A stretch of 64,000 bases of DNA from Gekko japonicus (lineage: Eukaryota), in the NCBI RefSeq assembly GCF_001447785.1, contig NW_015165833.1, positions 806,608-870,607 on the forward strand, read 5' to 3'. Each line of letters opens with the position of its first letter. Position 1 is the first letter of the stretch. A program made the translations under genes and the position numbers. The notes under the pieces are model-generated. The model did not search any database and was not told the origin of the DNA. It saw only the letters and a list, made by a program, of their open reading frames with translations. Below, piece by piece: positions 59,337 through 64,000 of this stretch.

Positions 59337-59553
59337 AGCTTGGACTGTGTTGGGTCTCTTTCCTCTGTAGGCTGCACTTCACTAACATGAAAGCAGGGTG
59401 TGCATTGGCCAGGCTTCTGCCTGAGCTGGTGTGGGCACCTCACTTCTCTCTCCTTGGCCCATTAGGAATGACCTCTGCTTACCCGAGACATACAAATGCA
59501 AACATGGAGGTTAAGGAGAGAGTAGAGATGTAACATGGAGGTTAAGGAGAGAG

Positions 59554-60078
59554 TAGAGATGTAAAATTTCTGGAAATTTTGAAGCCCGGAAAAAACCCCG
59601 TTTCCCCCCCCCGTTTTTTTTGGGGGGGGGAACGGAAATTTTCAGAAAAATTGAAAAAAATGCTACATTAGCATTTCTTTTGTCTTTTCTAGATTGAAAG
59701 TCATTCTGTTAATTTAGGAAAATAAAATATGACTATGGGCACTTTTACTTGGCATGAAATTATCACAACTAGCATATTAAAAATATAGTGTATCCAAACA
59801 ATTATTACAAACAGAATACCAACCCACATGCAAAAACAAAACTGAAACTTTTTTATTTTCTTCTGACAATCGCACCTCCTATATATCAGAAATGTTTTGG
59901 AAAATATTTGAACACCTTGTCTTAAAATATTTTATTCATCATGTTAAAATAAAACGTTCCATAATCTTTTCTTTTTTCAATTTTTCCAATTTTTCGGAAA
60001 AAAACAAAAAGGCTTCAGAAAAAAACGGGGAAACCCCCCCCCATTTTTCCGGGTTTTTGGGGGGCTTTCACATCTCTA
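59554..60078. mobile_element. hAT non-autonomous element (525 bp)
   Basis: TIR TAGAGATGTAAAA / TTTCACATCTCTA; exact 8-bp TSD GGAGAGAG (59546-59553 and 60079-60086); subterminal GGAAA/TTTCC repeats. Confidence 0.9.
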
Positions 60079-60261
60079 GGAGAGAGAGGGCCCTCCTTCC
60101 TCAAACCAAGATTCTAGGCTTGGGTTGAACTTTGATTTAGAATGCTGGTGTGTGTGTGTGAGAGAGAGAGACTATATCTACGTTTGTCTCCACAGTAACT
60201 AGAATCATTTTGTTTCAGTCCAGCTCTAATTCCTGTGTAAAAATGCACTGTTGGTGGAACA

Positions 60262-60937
60262 TGTCGTTGTCACAGCCAACTTATGGCGACTCTAGGGTTT
60301 TCAAAGCAAGAGGCCAAGAGAGGTGGTTTGTCATTGCCTGCCTTTGCGGAGTGACCCTGGACTTCCTTGGTAGTCTCCCATCCAAGAACTAAGCAGGGCC
60401 GACCTGGCTTAGCTTCCAACAGTGGTCATTTCGGGGGGAACGCGGGGGATCGCAGTTCCCCCGGTGAGGTACAGGGGGGCGGGGCACATGACGAAGCTCC
60501 GCCCCCTGCTTCCGGCTGCCCTGCTTCCGGCCCTCATTCAGCCAGGAGGAGGCAGGAGAAGAGGGAGGGTAAGTTGCTTCCTCCCTGCCTCTCCCCACCC
60601 CTGCCTGCCTGGGGCCAGGGAGGGCCTTCGTGGGGCTTCCTTGCACTCCCGCCGGCCTTGCAGGTCCACCGCCGGGCCCCTCATGGGGCTCGGCAGTGGA
60701 GCTGCAAGGCCGCCGGTGGTGGCCGGGACCGTTGGGGGTGGGGTGTGTGGCCTTATGACACACTTCCGGTGATGTCAGGGGGTGTGGCCTTATGACACAC
60801 GTCCGGTGATGTCAGGGGGTGCGGCATATGCTAATGAGCTATGCTAATGAGTTCCCCTAGTTCTTTTTCTACGAAATGACCCCTGGCTTCCAAGATCTGA
60901 CAAGATTGGGCTAGCCTGGGCCATCCTGGTCAGGCTG
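60262..60937 (-). mobile_element. 5S-derived SINE subfamily A split by a hAT element
   Basis: Tail to box A at 60262-60419; head at 60886-60937. Confidence 0.9.
60420..60885. mobile_element. hAT non-autonomous element (466 bp, GC/CpG-rich)
   Basis: TIR CAGTGGTCATTTCG / CGAAATGACCCCTG; exact 8-bp TSD GCTTCCAA (60412-60419 and 60886-60893). Confidence 0.92.
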
Positions 60938-60959
60938 TGTAAAAATGCACTTCTGAATA

Positions 60960-61392
60960 ATTCAGTTTTGCAGCTTTTCCTGACCTCCTCAGGCAGGCCA
61001 TTCCACAAGGTGGGGACCACAAGAGAGAATTCAGGTGTATGTGTATGTGGCTTCAGAATGAGGACAATATACTTTGCCTAGTTGCCAGTAAGGTTGTGGT
61101 ATTCTGCACCAACTGGAGTTTCTGAGTTGACTTTGCAGCATACATGTTACTGTGGCATTGAACCAGGTGGCCAAATCGGCCAAGTCAAGTGGAAGGGGAG
61201 CATCTTCTGAGCTAAACAGAGTTGAAAGAAATCTTTTTGCAGCTTCATTAACTTGCTTCTCTAGCAGTAATGTTGGATCCAGTGTAATCCCAAGGCTCTT
61301 AACCGATTCAGCAAAGGACAGCTGAACTCCACTGAAAATGGGAAACACAGCATCCTTCAAGATATCCACCTTCCCAACCAGCATTACCCCAG
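60960..61392 (-). mobile_element. L2 ORF2 fragment
   Basis: Translates GVQLSFAESVKSLGITLDPTLLLEKQV, resembling L2 VKNLGVxLDxxL. Confidence 0.75.
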
Positions 61393-61699
61393 CTTATTTT
61401 CAGCTAAAAGTGATATCTGTATACAACCACAGAGAAACCCCATGACTATGAACACCTGGTATGTGTGTTCTATGAGATTTATGGACTCCAAGGAGATCTC
61501 AAAGGGCAGGTTCTACCTCTGCAAGTCTTTGCACTCTTTCTGGCCAAGATGGGCAGAAAGCTGGTCCCTTGCATGCATTATCAATCAACACAAGAAGGTG
61601 TGCAAAAGAAGGGGGGGTGGGAAACACAGCTTTATGTTTCCTAAATTTAATGAATTCTGGAAGTTTGACTAGAGGTTTTCCAATAACAGTATGTACGTC

Positions 61700-62015
61700 T
61701 CTGCTGTCAAGTTGCCCCCAGTTCAAGGCAAGTGAGGTGGTTTGCCATTACTTTCCTCTGCAGAATGGTGGTCTCCTATCCAAGCACTTGGTGGTCTCCT
61801 ATTCAAGCACTGACCCTGCTTAGCTTCCAAAATCTGACTAGATTGGGCTATACCATGGACTCAGCAAGGGTCTTTCAAGGCAAGTGAGAAGCAGATGTGG
61901 TTCGCTATTGCCTTCCTCTGCAGAGCCTTCCTTGGTGGTCTGGTCTCCTGTCCAAGTAACGGCCCTTCTCAGCATCAAGATCTGACAAGATCAGGCTATA
62001 CTGTGCTACCTCTTC
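61700..62015 (-). mobile_element. Two adjacent rearranged 5S SINE subfamily B copies
   Basis: ttcaaggcaagtgag...ctctgcaga...gtctcct..ccaag occurs twice; gatctgacaagatcaggctatac-type heads. Confidence 0.8.
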
Positions 62016-62702
62016 CAATAACAGTATTGCTGAAAAATTCCTGTCCGTGTTGGCTTGGCACCTATGATGGACGCTCTTGTAATCCTGATTCCAAAGTGCT
62101 CAGGTTTGCACAGTCGTCCAGTTCACAGTGTGAAAAGGTAACGTTGGAGGTCTATTAAATGTTCTAAAGCACTTTCTTGCCACCTTCTTGAGGTGGTGGT
62201 TCCAGTCAGATTGTTTCATTTCTCTCACTTGGTGTGATGTCTGAAGGCACCGTTCTGGTGAAAATATGAACTCCAAGGCAGCTGCCGCTTGAAACTAGAG
62301 AGCAGTTGCCTCCAAGAAGCAGCCTGGCTTTCCTTCAAGAACATGCTTTGTATGAAAGGGCTGTGGAGACCCTTGCAGTTGCAAAGACATTAATTCCTTT
62401 TCTTAAAGCGTCTGACCTCAAAGGCCATCTTGCCTCTAGCTGGCAGTGCTGTGGTCTTGCTGTCTTTGTGCTTCTGGAGTTGGGCACTTAGCATTTCTTT
62501 CATAGTTTGAAGAACACAAAAGGTCATTTCCATTTAGGCCGAGGCGCTGATCGCTGTAAAGCCTGGGTGCCATTATGGTGCAGACAAAGCATTCCGGTGC
62601 CGTCTGGAAAGTCCAGCCTGGGCCTCTCTGACCAACAATTTGAGCCTCTGTATTAAGGATTTTTCTGTCTCTCTCATACACACACACTCCCAGACTTTAG
62701 CT

Positions 62703-63035
62703 CAGGGATATCCAACCTTTTTAAACCTGTGGGCACCTTTGGAATTCTGACACAGGTTGGTAGGCACAATCACAAAATGGCTGCCACAGGAAGCGGAGCC
62801 ACTGGCAAAATGTCAGGGAGGAAGGTGATGGGTAACTCTCATAGTAACTCTTCAACATTTCAGGCAGAAGCTGTGTTTAACAAGATGCCTTTTAAACTGT
62901 GCAACCAATCAGAAGCCCTGCTGAGCACAAGCCCCACCTAACCCCACCCACTTTCTAAAAGCACCTGGCAGTTACCAGGTAAGGTTTTGGTAGGCGCCAT
63001 CATGACGCCCGTGGGCACCCTGTCGGGGACCTCTG
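62703..63035. mobile_element. hAT-Charlie-like non-autonomous element
   Basis: cagggatatccaaccttttt / tgtcggggacctctg; flanks ctttagct / ctttcact (6/8). Confidence 0.65.
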
Positions 63036-63795
63036 CTTTCACTGCTTTATTAAGGTTGCCTTTGCATTGCTGGGTGCTGCCTGTCTGTGCCTTTTTCAGA
63101 GTTCAGTTTTGTAGGAATCCAAATGTAAATTATGACTGCTTCCTCTGGGAATAGCCAGGTTCTGTACATCTCCCCCACTGTCATTTGTGAAAGAAAACCT
63201 GGGGAAGCCAGAGGGGTGCATGCATGTGTGGTGGGTGGGACGCGGGAGTGGTAATTCTTGCCTCTCGCTCTCAAGGCAAATAGGCCTGTCAGCTTGGGAG
63301 AGGAATGTCTGGGCCAACAATTATTGATGATCATTACCCAACAAAACTGTGTGTTTGCATTTTTATTGGAAGAAAATTACTTGTAAACCACAGGGGAGCT
63401 AATGAATTTTTTTTTTGCTTTTAAAGCCATGTTGTATGTTTTATGGCTTGTTGTAAACCATCTGATTCAATTTATAATAGTGATAATTACCTCTGAATCA
63501 GTCATTCTGGAAAATAATCAGCACGTTCAAGGGGTGGTTTTTAGTGGATGGATTCTGGCAATGAGAGGGGAGACATGGGAGGAAGGGGGAGTGCATTGGA
63601 GGGACAAGCTGATCTCTGAGCTAGGGATGGAATCGGAGGGTGCTGTGCGAGCCTTCACAATCCTTGGCCCATCTCTTGCAGGACATCGGAGTGGCATTAG
63701 CTCCTTATATGCTTGCATTGCTCTTGCCCAGTAGTGTTGTGAAGTGGATTAAATGGAGCTGATTTATTCTTTTAATGAAGAGTTTGGACTGCTTA

Positions 63796-63845
63796 ACACA
63801 CACACACACACACACACACACGAGTCTCTCTCTCTCTCTCTCTCC
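63796..63845. repeat. (CA)n(CT)n microsatellite
   Basis: Direct reading. Confidence 0.9.
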
Positions 63846-63887
63846 TGTAATCAGCGCCTACAGCTAAATTAATCTCCCAGGTGGGTT

Positions 63888-64000
63888 ACACATGGAACTG
63901 AATCAGATCCTTGGTCCATCAAAAGTCAGTATTGTCTACTGAGACTGGCAGCAGCTCTTCAGGGTTATCAGGCAGAGATCTTTCATATTACCTACTATGT
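63888..64000 (-). mobile_element. tRNA(Ala)-like SINE tail (runs off the window)
   Basis: Matches 28703-28815. Confidence 0.85.

Overview
Vertebrate nuclear DNA, almost certainly a squamate reptile and most likely a gecko (Sauria SINE, long-form Squam3-type SINE, squamate-type CR1 tails), from a draft assembly with N gaps. I could not identify any host protein-coding exon with confidence. The window is intergenic/intronic and dense in transposable elements. A CpG island at about 35.0-37.1 kb (core hidden in a 729-bp gap) is followed by about 4.5 kb with no recognisable repeats, consistent with a promoter plus the start of a long first intron. The only long genuine ORF is a 5'-truncated CR1 reverse transcriptase (58227-59243). 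Main observations: (1) at the left edge, the end of a probable Ginger1 DNA transposon (TGTAA terminus, CCGG target site, palindrome-built TIR) carrying an OTU protease-like coding segment; (2) an abundant 5S-rRNA-headed SINE with RTE-like body and tail, one subfamily of which lacks 10 bp covering the intermediate element of the pol III type 1 promoter; (3) foldback Penelope-like remnants with hammerhead ribozyme cores; (4) several PIF/Harbinger and hAT MITEs and two solo LTRs with verifiable TIRs and TSDs; (5) nested insertions that give a relative chronology of these elements. Family assignments come from my reading and recall, not database searches; boundaries of degraded repeats are approximate.
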